Shown here: one piece after another, positions 50,707-60,214 of the stretch | Layout of the letters: each line of letters starts with the position of its first letter | How positions within the stretch are numbered: position 1 is the first letter of the stretch | Source: Macrostomum lignano | Taxonomy: Eukaryota | Reading direction: 5' to 3' | NCBI GenBank assembly: GCA_002269645.1 | Contig: NIVC01000792.1 | Location: forward strand, 7,888-71,887 | DNA: 64,000 nt | The notes under the pieces: generated by a model | What the model saw: only the letters and a program-made list of their open reading frames with translations | The model's database searches: none | Told to the model about the DNA's origin: nothing | Translations under genes and position numbers: made by a program

Positions 50707-51125
50707 TAGTATTTGTCATGCTATCTCAGCCTAGAGACATCCAAACTCAGCCAGTCCCATTCCGCAATGCGTTTTTTTGGCTCGAGCTAGTCGACTTTTA
50801 CCATAGACATGCTTCTTAAGGCCATGCTAACTCAGCCTGGGACATGCAATCTCAGCCAATATAGATTTCAATTGCAAACAGATCTCAATGCTATCATTTC
50901 TATAACGTGACATGAAATGGCAACAAACAGCAATGAATGAACGCAGCAAGAAAAGTCAGTAAGAATCTGAAAAGTGGCTGAGATTGCATGTCCCAGGCTG
51001 AGATAGCATGGCCTTAAGAAGCATGTCTATGGTAAAACTTGACTGGCTTACGTAAAAAATCGCACTGTCGAGATGGGCTGGCTGAGTTTGGATGTCTCTA
51101 GGCTGAGATAGCATGACAAATACTA
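50707..51125. mobile_element. Foldback MITE (419 bp) with about 155-bp TIRs and TA flanks
   Basis: TAGTATTTGTCATGCTATCTCAGCCTAGAGACATCCAAACTCAGCCAG is perfectly mirrored at the right end; TA on both sides. Confidence 0.85.
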
Positions 51126-51654
51126 TATTAACAGCAGAGAGTGAGCTTCTTTTTCAATCTCATGCGATAATTGACTTGTAAATTGGCTGCTTCATCCCAG
51201 TATTGTTCACTGCAATACCTATGAACGCATAATACAGCAATTTGCACTCATTCACGAGAGAAGTTGCTCAAGCGAGCACAGCGCCTCTGTAAGAGAAATA
51301 GTTAGGGACGAGTAACAGAAAACGGGCTGGGAAAAATGCAATCATTTCCCACGCCCGACCGCGCGCGCTGCCTGCGGGAGGATCTGGGCGCTTCTTGATC
51401 CCCGGGACCGACCGCATTAGGAGCTCATAAAAATTCTGCGGGGTGCCTGACGCAGCAGTGACTGATAAATAAAGCATTGCTCTGTTAAACAGGGCCCGCT
51501 GTAAGTGTGTTCTGGCCTCACCTAATCCTGCCCGTCTCAGTGGGATTTGACTGAAGGCGGAATAGGTTCGCGATTTCATTTGAAAATGATGCTTTTGGAC
51601 CACTTTTGTTTATTGCTGACTATTATCTGCAGTGAGCAATGATATCGGGATTGA

Positions 51655-52537
51655 GACAGACAGTCAGAAAGACAGACAGACAGACAGACAGGCAGGCAGA
51701 CAGACAGACAGACAGACAGACACTAAGACAGGAAGACACTAAGACAGGCAGACACTAAGACAGGCAGACACTAAGACAGGCAGACACTAAGACAGGAAGA
51801 CACTAAGACAGGCAGACACTAAGACAGGCAGACAAGAAGACAGGCAGACACTAAGCCAGGCAGACACTAAGACAGGCAGACACTAAGACAGGCAGACACT
51901 AAGCCAGGCAGACACTAAGACAGGCAGACACTAAGACAGGCAGACACTAAGACAGACAGACACTAAGACAGACAGACACTAAGACAGGCAGACACTAAGA
52001 CAGGCAGACACTAAGACAGGAAGACACTAAGACAGACAGACACTAAGACAGGAAGACAAGAAGGCAGGCAGACACTAAGACAGACAGGCAGACACTAAGA
52101 CAGACAGACACTAAGACAGGCAGACACTAAGACAGGAAGACACTAAGACAGGCAGACACTAAGACAGACAGACACTAAGACAGGCAGACACTAAGACAGA
52201 CAGACACTAAGACAGGAAGACAAGAAGGCAGGCAGACACTAAGACAGACAGGCAGACACTAAGACAGACAGACACTAAGACAGACAGACACTAAGACAGG
52301 CAGACACTAAGACAGACAGACACTAAGACAGGAAGACAAGAAGGCAGGCAGACACTAAGACAGACAGACAGACACTAAGACAGACAGACACTAGGACAGG
52401 CAGACATTAAGACAGGAAGACAAAAAGGCAGGCAGACACTAAGACAGACAGACAGACACTAAGACAGACAGACACTAGGACAGGCAGACATTAAGACAGG
52501 AAGACAAAAGGCAGGCAGACACTAAGACAGGCAGACA
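51655..52537. repeat. 16-bp GACA-rich minisatellite, about 50 copies
   Basis: Unit GACACTAAGACAGGCA, grading from a (GACA)n tract. Confidence 0.95.
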
Positions 52538-53332
52538 TATCAGAAGCACAGCTTACCTCTGACGGCTCTCAGCTGGAGCAGCAGAATCGCCAGTAGCTGC
52601 AGCGCCCTCAAGAATGGAGATCTGTCTGTCCGCATTGACCAACAGCCGAGTTGGTGGCTCTCAGTGGCGAAATTTCCGTCAGGTTAGGCAGTGGGGGTGC
52701 AATAAAACTGCTCCGCACTGCTCAAGACTCGAGGGGGGAGTGTTCAGTCAAGCCAGGATTGGTCGAAACGGAACTGAGCACCGGCGGTTTATGCGACCTT
52801 GGCTTCCAGCTGAGCGATCGAGTCGCTGGCTATGAAATGCATTATTGATTTTGTCAACCAATTCGCCCACTCAACCCCGCGATTCGGCCCTTTGTACCCC
52901 TCAACTTATCGCATTAGCATCTACAACTTTGCTGAGCTGGGTCTGGAGCTGCTGCTCAGGTTATTGTCTCGGGTAGTTCGAAAAAAATCCTCTCCCACAC
53001 TCGCTTGAGCTCCTCTCCGGCTCTCTCTTTTTCTCTTTCTCGATATGCACAAGCGAAAGTGCAATTGCTGCACTTTAGTGCAATGGCGACTGCAGTTAAT
53101 GTGCTTTCAAGGGAATCGACAGACTTCACGGAAGCGAATTCAGTTCAAAACATTGAAGTCGCGACTTACCGCTCTTATGTGGTTGACTATAAAGATAAAT
53201 ATCTTAATATAAAGATTAAGTTTAAATCAAATATATGTTTACCTCTTTTATTTTAAAATGTCAAAAATATCAAGAAATAAAAAATGTTTTTGTCAGTGAG
53301 TAATATACTAAGTATAACAAGTAACTTATAAC

Positions 53333-53424
53333 AGTAACTACAGCAGTACCTATAGCAGTAACCATAGCAGTAACTATAGCAGTAACCATAGCAGTAACTA
53401 CAGCAGCAACAATAGCAGTAGCAG
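53333..53424. repeat. 12-bp short tandem repeat, about 7 copies
   Basis: Unit CAGTAACTATAG. Confidence 0.85.
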
Positions 53425-53576
53425 AGGAAAACAGAATAAAGCTACTAATATAATTTGCACGCTTTGAAGAGTAAATTGAATTCTAAGCACAACGAATGCA
53501 AAGTGATTGGAGTATCTGCTTCCTGACGAACTATTTTGGCTCTGGGAGCCTCAAGTTTTTCAAGGTGCATTCGAGC

Positions 53577-55166
53577 TCAAACAGTCTTCAGCTGTCGGAT
53601 TTCCTGCTGGGACAGTCCAGCTTTCAGCAGGTAGTTCTCGGCGCTACGGTAAGTCTCCAGTATGTAGTCAACCAGCTGCAGCATGGTAGATCGCGACTCT
53701 TTGAGTCTGGCGCTGTGCTCAGACTCCGGGTAGTCACCCTGATATCTGGCAAATTCGGTCTAAAGCAGACAAGGATGGGATTGATAGGCCAATTTTGCTT
53801 TTTGCTAATATTTTTTAACTCATAATTCACTATAAGTTGGTTTTTTGTTTCACGGTTTTATTGGAGCTGTCGATGTGAGTGCAGAAGAAGACGTGGCCTG
53901 CCCTAATGGCCAGATGTGCAACCGACAGCTCAGCCGCAGCCATCGCGCGGCGCATCTGAAGGCTGCGTACGGCTGTTCAGTTCACCCAGCTGTAAAACGG
54001 GTGCCAACTTAACTAAGTTAAGTGTCTTGCTCAAGGACACACACTGTTCCGAGTGGGTCGGGAATCATGCCCATCACGCATCAGTTAATACTGTGTTCCA
54101 AGCTCCTCCAGCTACCTCCCAGCAGCGCCTCCCTGCTCCTCACCTCCGACGCGGCGTGCATGTCGGCCAGAATGCTGGGATCCTCGCCCAGAAGCAGCTG
54201 CATCAGACAGCCGACCACGGCTGCCACCTGCTGACCGTCCCGGCTGACCAACAGCGCCGGGTAGGCGTCCCGTCTGGCCAACACCCGCATGGCTGCGGCC
54301 AGCGCGTCCGGGAAGCAGTCGAGCACTTCCCGTAGCAGCCGCAGTGTTGGCCGGCCGGCGCTGGCGGGCAGCAGGTAGGCGCTGACATCCGGGACGCACA
54401 GCCGGCAGGGCCCGGCGTAGTCGGCCAGAAATCTCCGCAGCTGGAGCTGAGGCGAGCGAAGACAGTCCACCCGGTAGGCGATGGCGGAGACCAAGTCGTC
54501 GTCGGCACCCACCGGGCGCTCAATGATGAAGCCGTCAGTCTCAGCTCCCGCGTCGGCCTCCGGCTGCCAGCGGAGGACGCAGAGATGGCTGAGGGCCAAA
54601 AATTTGGCGTTTTCAAATAAAATTGGAAGAGAATGGCAGAAATATGAAGACAAGAACGTACATGTAACAATAACAGTTCTAGCAGCATAAAGCATTAAGC
54701 CTAAAAGAACCGAGAAGACAATTCGATAGCGAGTTCTGCAAGGCTCAAGTGGAAATGTATCTATACGAAGGGAACACACCTCTACAACCGAAGCACACTT
54801 CTACAACAGAAATGCACCTTCACAACGCGAATGCACACCTGTATGTAAAACCTACTTATATAGAGGCGCATCCGGTGGCTCTGTTCTCTCATGGTCGGAC
54901 CTGAGATCGATGATTGATCGCAGGCCAAGCGACATCAACTCGGCGGCCCCCTCGTCGTCCAGGTTGAACGGATCGCACGCCCGCAGGCAGATCTTGCCGC
55001 CAACAACTTGACAGACGCGCAAGTTCGGCAGTCCGTTTGGTCGTCGTTCTCGAAGCCGTTTCAAGCGTTCCAAGAGTAGCTGCTGATTGCGATCCGACTC
55101 GTCGCCAAACAGCTGCTGAGTGACGCCAGAGTCGGGTCGGTTTGGACCAGCTTCTCTGGAAGACAT
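53577..55166 (-). CDS. MptpB/IphP-like (Y_phosphatase3-type) phosphatase homologue, predicted pseudophosphatase, 312 aa; exons 55166-54856, 54588-54144, 53759-53577
   Basis: NLR...LRAC.PFNLDDEGAAELMSLGLRSIIDLRSDHE; PALLVSRDGQQV at the P-loop position; LLLGEDPSILAD; C-terminal YRSAENYLLKAGLSQQEIRQLK. Exon lengths 311+445+183 = 939 nt, in frame. Confidence 0.82.
53909..54095 (-). mobile_element. CORE-type SINE copy with an internal inversion/deletion, intronic
   Basis: Shares GTCCTTGAGCAAGACACTTAA, the CACCCAGCTG..GGGTGCC block (inverted) and CTGAACAGCCGTACGCAG..CAGATGCGC with the copy at 29508-29750. Confidence 0.65.
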
Positions 55167-57180
55167 GCCGTTTTGTTTCAGTGAGGAGAAGTTTAGCTGG
55201 AACGATTCTGTGCTGGATGACAGGGGATGCTAATTCTCTGCGACGGGACTTGCTTCAAGTCGTCTTTCGTTGACTTCTCTGCTCTAATTTGATCCTTTTT
55301 CTAATCTTTCTGGAGGCAGCCCGTGTGTGCGCGCTTGATTCTGCTTTGAATAATGCCGTTTTTTAATTGGCAACGCAGCAACTGAAACTCACTGAAGAGT
55401 AGAGCAAAGCCAGGGTTAAGCCAGGAATTAAAACAAGACCGAGACTAGGAGAGAAAGAATGAAATGGAAAGGAGAGATGTTGCCCCTGTGAGTACAATCT
55501 GTTGCTTGACGAGTGTCTTTGGACACTGGAAGCTGTGGACGATGGCAAGAGAGCGAGAAAGAGAGAGCGAAAGGGGAGAGTGGGCGAGTTCTATGCGCTC
55601 ATGGCACGCCAGCACCAGCAGCAGCAATACACTGTTGTCATTATACAATAGCTAGAGTACTTTTTGCTTACAGATGGGGTAAGAGAATGAAGGTGGCAGA
55701 GAGACAGTCCGAAGCAAGAAGCGTCCAGTTTGTGCTGCTGGGCTACCTGCACATTGAGCTGTCTGGTTGAATACAAGGCTAGCTATTGATAAGTAAACAA
55801 GCTATAGTAAAATCAAAGCTAAGTCAGGTTTACGCTCGCGTCAGAGATGAACGCATGGAGTTTCCTGGCGTTGGTAGTGGATTAAGGGGATATATTGGGA
55901 GATACTTTGAAGCCTTCCTGAGCTGAGGACTAAACAGTACGTGGATTGTAGCAGGAAGTAATTTGCTACACTGTTTCACAGATCTAGGGGGATTGGACTA
56001 AATCCTATTCTGCCTTCTCTTATCTCACAGACAACGGGTTTATAAGGGGAACTTTCTCCGGTGCAATCTTGATTGAGTGGCTGAGACGCTTTGCGGTGAC
56101 TGTGAGTGGAGCTCCCGTGCTGGAATCTGCACGGATATGCTACAACCAGGGGCTTAGGCGGACGAAATGAAGTGTGCCAAGAATCAGATCGGAGGAGAAG
56201 ATATTGAAAAGAAGTTCATCAGCTCGCCTGAGGAGGGGGGGGGTCAGACGTCTCCTGACTAGCGATTCGTATTCTTACAGTCGCAACCAAATTAGACCAG
56301 AAGTTGCTTCCGCTCAATTAGAGGCAGCAAGGGCTGCCCCATGGCGCAAAAGGGGCGCGCGAGACCAAGAGCGACATGCAACTTAGCATTTTCCTTCCCG
56401 GATGTTAAAAAGTTGAGCAGAAAGCTAACTTTGTCCTTTTAACTAAGTTTAAAAAACGAATGCAAAGCATACTACTTGAAAAGCTTCCCTAGTAGTAGAG
56501 TTGGGGAAATAATCTTTGTCTCTAGTGGCAAAATGAAGCACATGCACTTTTATTGCCTCAAGCCTCTATTGCGTGAGGTTGAGTTTGAGGTTGAAATTAG
56601 TAAATAAGCAACGCTCCCCATCCTTGTCTTGTCTCTCCATCTTGCCTCGATTCTCTACTATGAATAATAATTAGCTGGCTAATGAACGACAAGCCAACGC
56701 TTGTTTTATTCATGCGTTCACTTGAATCATTAGTTTCAATTCTCAACTTAGTCTTGTACAAGCGTCGTTACAAGGAGACGGCTTAACTGGCAGGGGGAGA
56801 AGCACCCGCCTGTTCGTATTGACAAATCTGCCAGGTGACTCGAAATGAAAGGTAACTCCTTTACTTGCTAGAATCAGAACGGCTCAAGAGTTGGCCTACT
56901 CGTGCTCCGCAGTTCAGGAGGCAGAGATTTGCAGATTAATTGTTGGCATCAGATTCTCAGCACTCGTTGCAGACCAGAGATTCAGAGATTTCATAATTTA
57001 CTGGGAAGTCTAAAAGCAAGATGAGTCCGGGAGCAAGCCTGAAGTCTCCAAAAAGGTCACTGTAGGATGGGCCAATGAGACGTTTGCTTGAAAAAACTCC
57101 TACCAACAGCAGACTTTAAATACTTGCAATTCCCCTCTCTTCCTTCTTCATCAGAAGGAAGCAGTGATCGCAGCTCTTTG

Positions 57181-57720
57181 ATGCATCCAGCCGGCGAATC
57201 TCTCGAGGGCACTTCGGTTCCGGCCACGGCCGATCCAGCGGCCAAGGTTGGTCCGGTCACCTTCGTGCCTCCGGTATGGCTCGCCCACATCGCCATCGGG
57301 GTGGCGTTCATCGCCTTCCTCATCGCCTCGTTCGCTCGCTATCGGATCCGGCGTCGACAGGGCCGGGCCGGGCGTCCTGGAGGAGGCGGCGGAGCCGGGG
57401 GCAGCGGCGGCGGCTCGGCGGCCGTGGCAGCGGCCTGGCCCTCCAGTTCAAGCGGCATGGGCAGCAAGGCGGGCGGCATCTCGCTGGCCATGCGTGGCTT
57501 CAACCGGCGCGGGCAGCAGCAGCAGCTGGACTCGCATCAGCAGCCGCAGCAAGGGTCGCAGCTTTCTCACTCTCAGCAGCAGGCGCGCCGAAATCAGCGC
57601 GGACGGTCAGGAGGGCAGCAGCGACTACAGGGAAGGGGCTTCGTGAACTCGGAGACTGGCGACGCAGGGCAATGCACCGCACAAACAGCTTCTGCGACAT
57701 CCTATTTTTCTGCCTTCTGA
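57181..57720 (+). CDS. Hypothetical single-pass membrane protein (179 aa from ATG 57181)
   Basis: GC-rich ORF with one TM segment (VWLAHIAIGVAFIAFLIASFA) followed by a basic RYRIRRR stop-transfer, then a Gly/Gln-rich tail ending SYFSAF. No family recognised. Confidence 0.62.
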   Translation: MHPAGESLEGTSVPATADPAAKVGPVTFVPPVWLAHIAIGVAFIAFLIASFARYRIRRRQGRAGRPGGGGGAGGSGGGSAAVAAAWPSSSSGMGSKAGGISLAMRGFNRRGQQQQLDSHQQPQQGSQLSHSQQQARRNQRGRSGGQQRLQGRGFVNSETGDAGQCTAQTASATSYFSAF

Positions 57721-57727
57721 ATTCTTC

Positions 57728-58640
57728 TACAGTGTCTTTAGTATCTAAAGTATCTACAGCGTCTACAGTGTCTACAGTGTCTATAGTGTCTACAGCGTCT
57801 AGAGCGTCTAGAGCGTCTACAGTGTCTACAGTGTCTACAGTGTCTACAGTGTCTACAGTGTCTACAGTGTCTACAGTGTCTACAGTGTCTACAGCGTCTA
57901 CAGTGTCTACAGTGTCTACAGTGTCTACAGTGTTTACAGTGTCTACAGTGTCTACAGCGTCTACAGCGTCTACAGTGTCTACAGTGTCTACAGTGTCTAC
58001 AGTGTCTACAGTGTCTACAGTGTCTACAGTGTCTACAGTGTCTACAGTGTCTACAGTGTCTACAGTGTCTACAGTGTCTACAGTGTCTACAGTGTCTAAA
58101 GTGTCTACAGCGTCTACAGTGTCTACAGCGTCTACAGTGTCTACAGTGTCTACAGTGTTTACAGTGTCTACAGTGTCTACAGTGTCTACAGTGTCTACAG
58201 TGTCTACAGTGTCTACAGTGTCTACAGTGTCTACAGTGTCTACAGTGTCTACAGTGTCTACAGTGTCTACAGTGTCTACAGTGTCTACAGCGTCTACAGT
58301 GTCTACAGTGTCTACAGTGTCTACAGTGTTTACAGTGTCTACAGTGTCTACAGCGTCTACAGCGTCTACAGTGTCTACAGTGTCTACAGTGTCTACAGTG
58401 TCTACAGTGTCTACAGTGTCTACAGTGTCTACAGTGTCTACAGTGTCTACAGTGTCTACAGTGTCTACAGTGTCTACAGTGTCTACAGTGTCTACAGTGT
58501 CTACAGTGTCTACAGTGTCTACAGTGTCTACAGTGTCTACAGTGTCTACAGTGTCTACAGTGTCTACAGTGTCTACAGTGTCTACAGTGTCTACAGTGTT
58601 TGCAGTGTCTACAGTGTCTACAGTGTCTACAGTGTCTACG
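57728..58640. repeat. 9-bp tandem repeat, about 100 copies
   Basis: Unit GTCTACAGT. Confidence 0.98.
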
Positions 58641-59119
58641 GTTACAACATCTGATAGCGCCACCGGTAACTGACAGCTGAGTCTTAAGAAGTCATTGCCG
58701 AAGATAAATTCAATATTAATGAAGCAGACGGAAGTCTGAGAGATAGTTTTGCATGGGAATCATTGAAGATAGCTGGCGAAATTTGTGAATTTTCACATAG
58801 GTTTAAGCTTCAAGCATACTTTATTACTTTCACAAGAAGGATGTATTCAGTAAGGCATGACTCATACAGTAGGAATTCGTGGAGTTCCTATTGTACTCAA
58901 ACAGCTGGCCCATTTCTGCTCTATGCATTCGGTATAATTTAAATATCATAGCGTCCGTTGGTGCACTGACTAATTCGCTTGAGTATAACTTATTTTCTAT
59001 CTCATCTAACGTGCATTACAACGAAAAATAAAGTGATACTTATCTGCTCTTTCCCATAAATTCATTTGCTCATAATGATACCTATGACTGCTATCTGAAG
59101 CCTTAGATTCAGCCCTACA

Positions 59120-59884
59120 TTGTTACCTGAACCTTTGATTCAACCCTCCATTGCCACCTGAATCCTTTGATTCAACCCTCCATTGCTACCTGAACCCTTT
59201 GATTCAACCCTCCATTGCTACCTGAACCCTTTGATTCAACCCTCCATTGCTACCTGAACCCTTTGATTCAACCCTCCATTGCTATCTGAACCCTTTGATT
59301 CAACCCTCCATTGCTACCTGAACCCTTTGATTCAACCCTCCATTGCTATCTGAACCCTTTGATTCTACCCTTCATTGCTATCTGAACCCTTTGATTTAAC
59401 TCTCCATTGCTACCTGAACCCTTTGATTCAACCCTCCATTGTTACCTGAACCCTTTTTATTAGAGGCAGGGGGGTTGTGTGCACCCTGGCGCACTTTAAG
59501 CGACATAGGCACACAACCGGCGAGAGGCATTACTGCCCATTCCGCCGACTCCCCTGAGCAGGCATACAAGCGCGCGGATACGTACGCAGGCACACACTCA
59601 CACAGGAGTGTACAGCGGCCCTAACTTTATATTATCGTTAGGCATGTACACTTCACTGCGCCTTGGGGGTTGGCTCTCAAGGCCGTTAATTGCACGAGCA
59701 GAGCCAAGCTGAGATTCCAATTCAGCCCCAAATTAATGTGACTGCACTTGGAATCGAGCCTGGGTTGCTGGCACACCAGAGCCTGCGCTAGACCGCTGGG
59801 CTACGCCCCCCCCTACCTGAACCCTTTGATTCAACCCTCCATTGCCACCTGAACCCTTTAATTCAACCCTCCATTGCTACCTGA
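59120..59884. repeat. 32-bp minisatellite (about 13 copies) interrupted by a SINE
   Basis: Unit CTACCTGAACCCTTTGATTCAACCCTCCATTG at 59120-59456 and 59814-59884. Confidence 0.94.
59457..59813 (-). mobile_element. Full-length tRNA-derived SINE (about 357 bp) with 14-bp TSD
   Basis: Minus-strand head GGGGGCGTAGCCCAGCGGTCTAGCG...GGCTCGATTCC has A and B boxes; 3' end CTCTAATAAAAA. TACCTGAACCCTTT is duplicated at 59443-59456 and 59814-59827. Confidence 0.85.
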
Positions 59885-60214
59885 GGCAAATAACATTCAT
59901 ATCTTGCAATTTAGCCTGAATAAATCATCTTGAAGAATTAAAGGTTAAAAAAACCCGAGACACTAAGTGAAGCTAGGCAATGAAAAATCAATATTTCTCA
60001 ACCAAATGAACTGAAAATCAAGCATTTTAAGGAGTTCAATGTGTAAACTGACTCCGCAAAGTGACATGCAGTCTGCACTTTGTAACTCGATGCATTGGAT
60101 GCACAAGTCAATGAGAAAAAAAAATTGCTTCAAAACTATACTCAATCAAACATTGTAAGCATACAAACTTAATGTATTTTCCGCTTGGCTACACTGTTCT
60201 CTTATTTTCTGAAA

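Noticed and set aside
57276-58673. 465-aa VST-repeat (mucin- or antifreeze-like) ORF and antisense VDT ORF
   Set aside because: Off-frame overlap of the 57181 gene running into a 9-bp array. The TM-containing frame stops at 57720.
59740-59813. Functional tRNA gene
   Set aside because: The acceptor and anticodon stems do not pair cleanly, the B box is mutated, and it is followed by a SINE body, tail and TSD.
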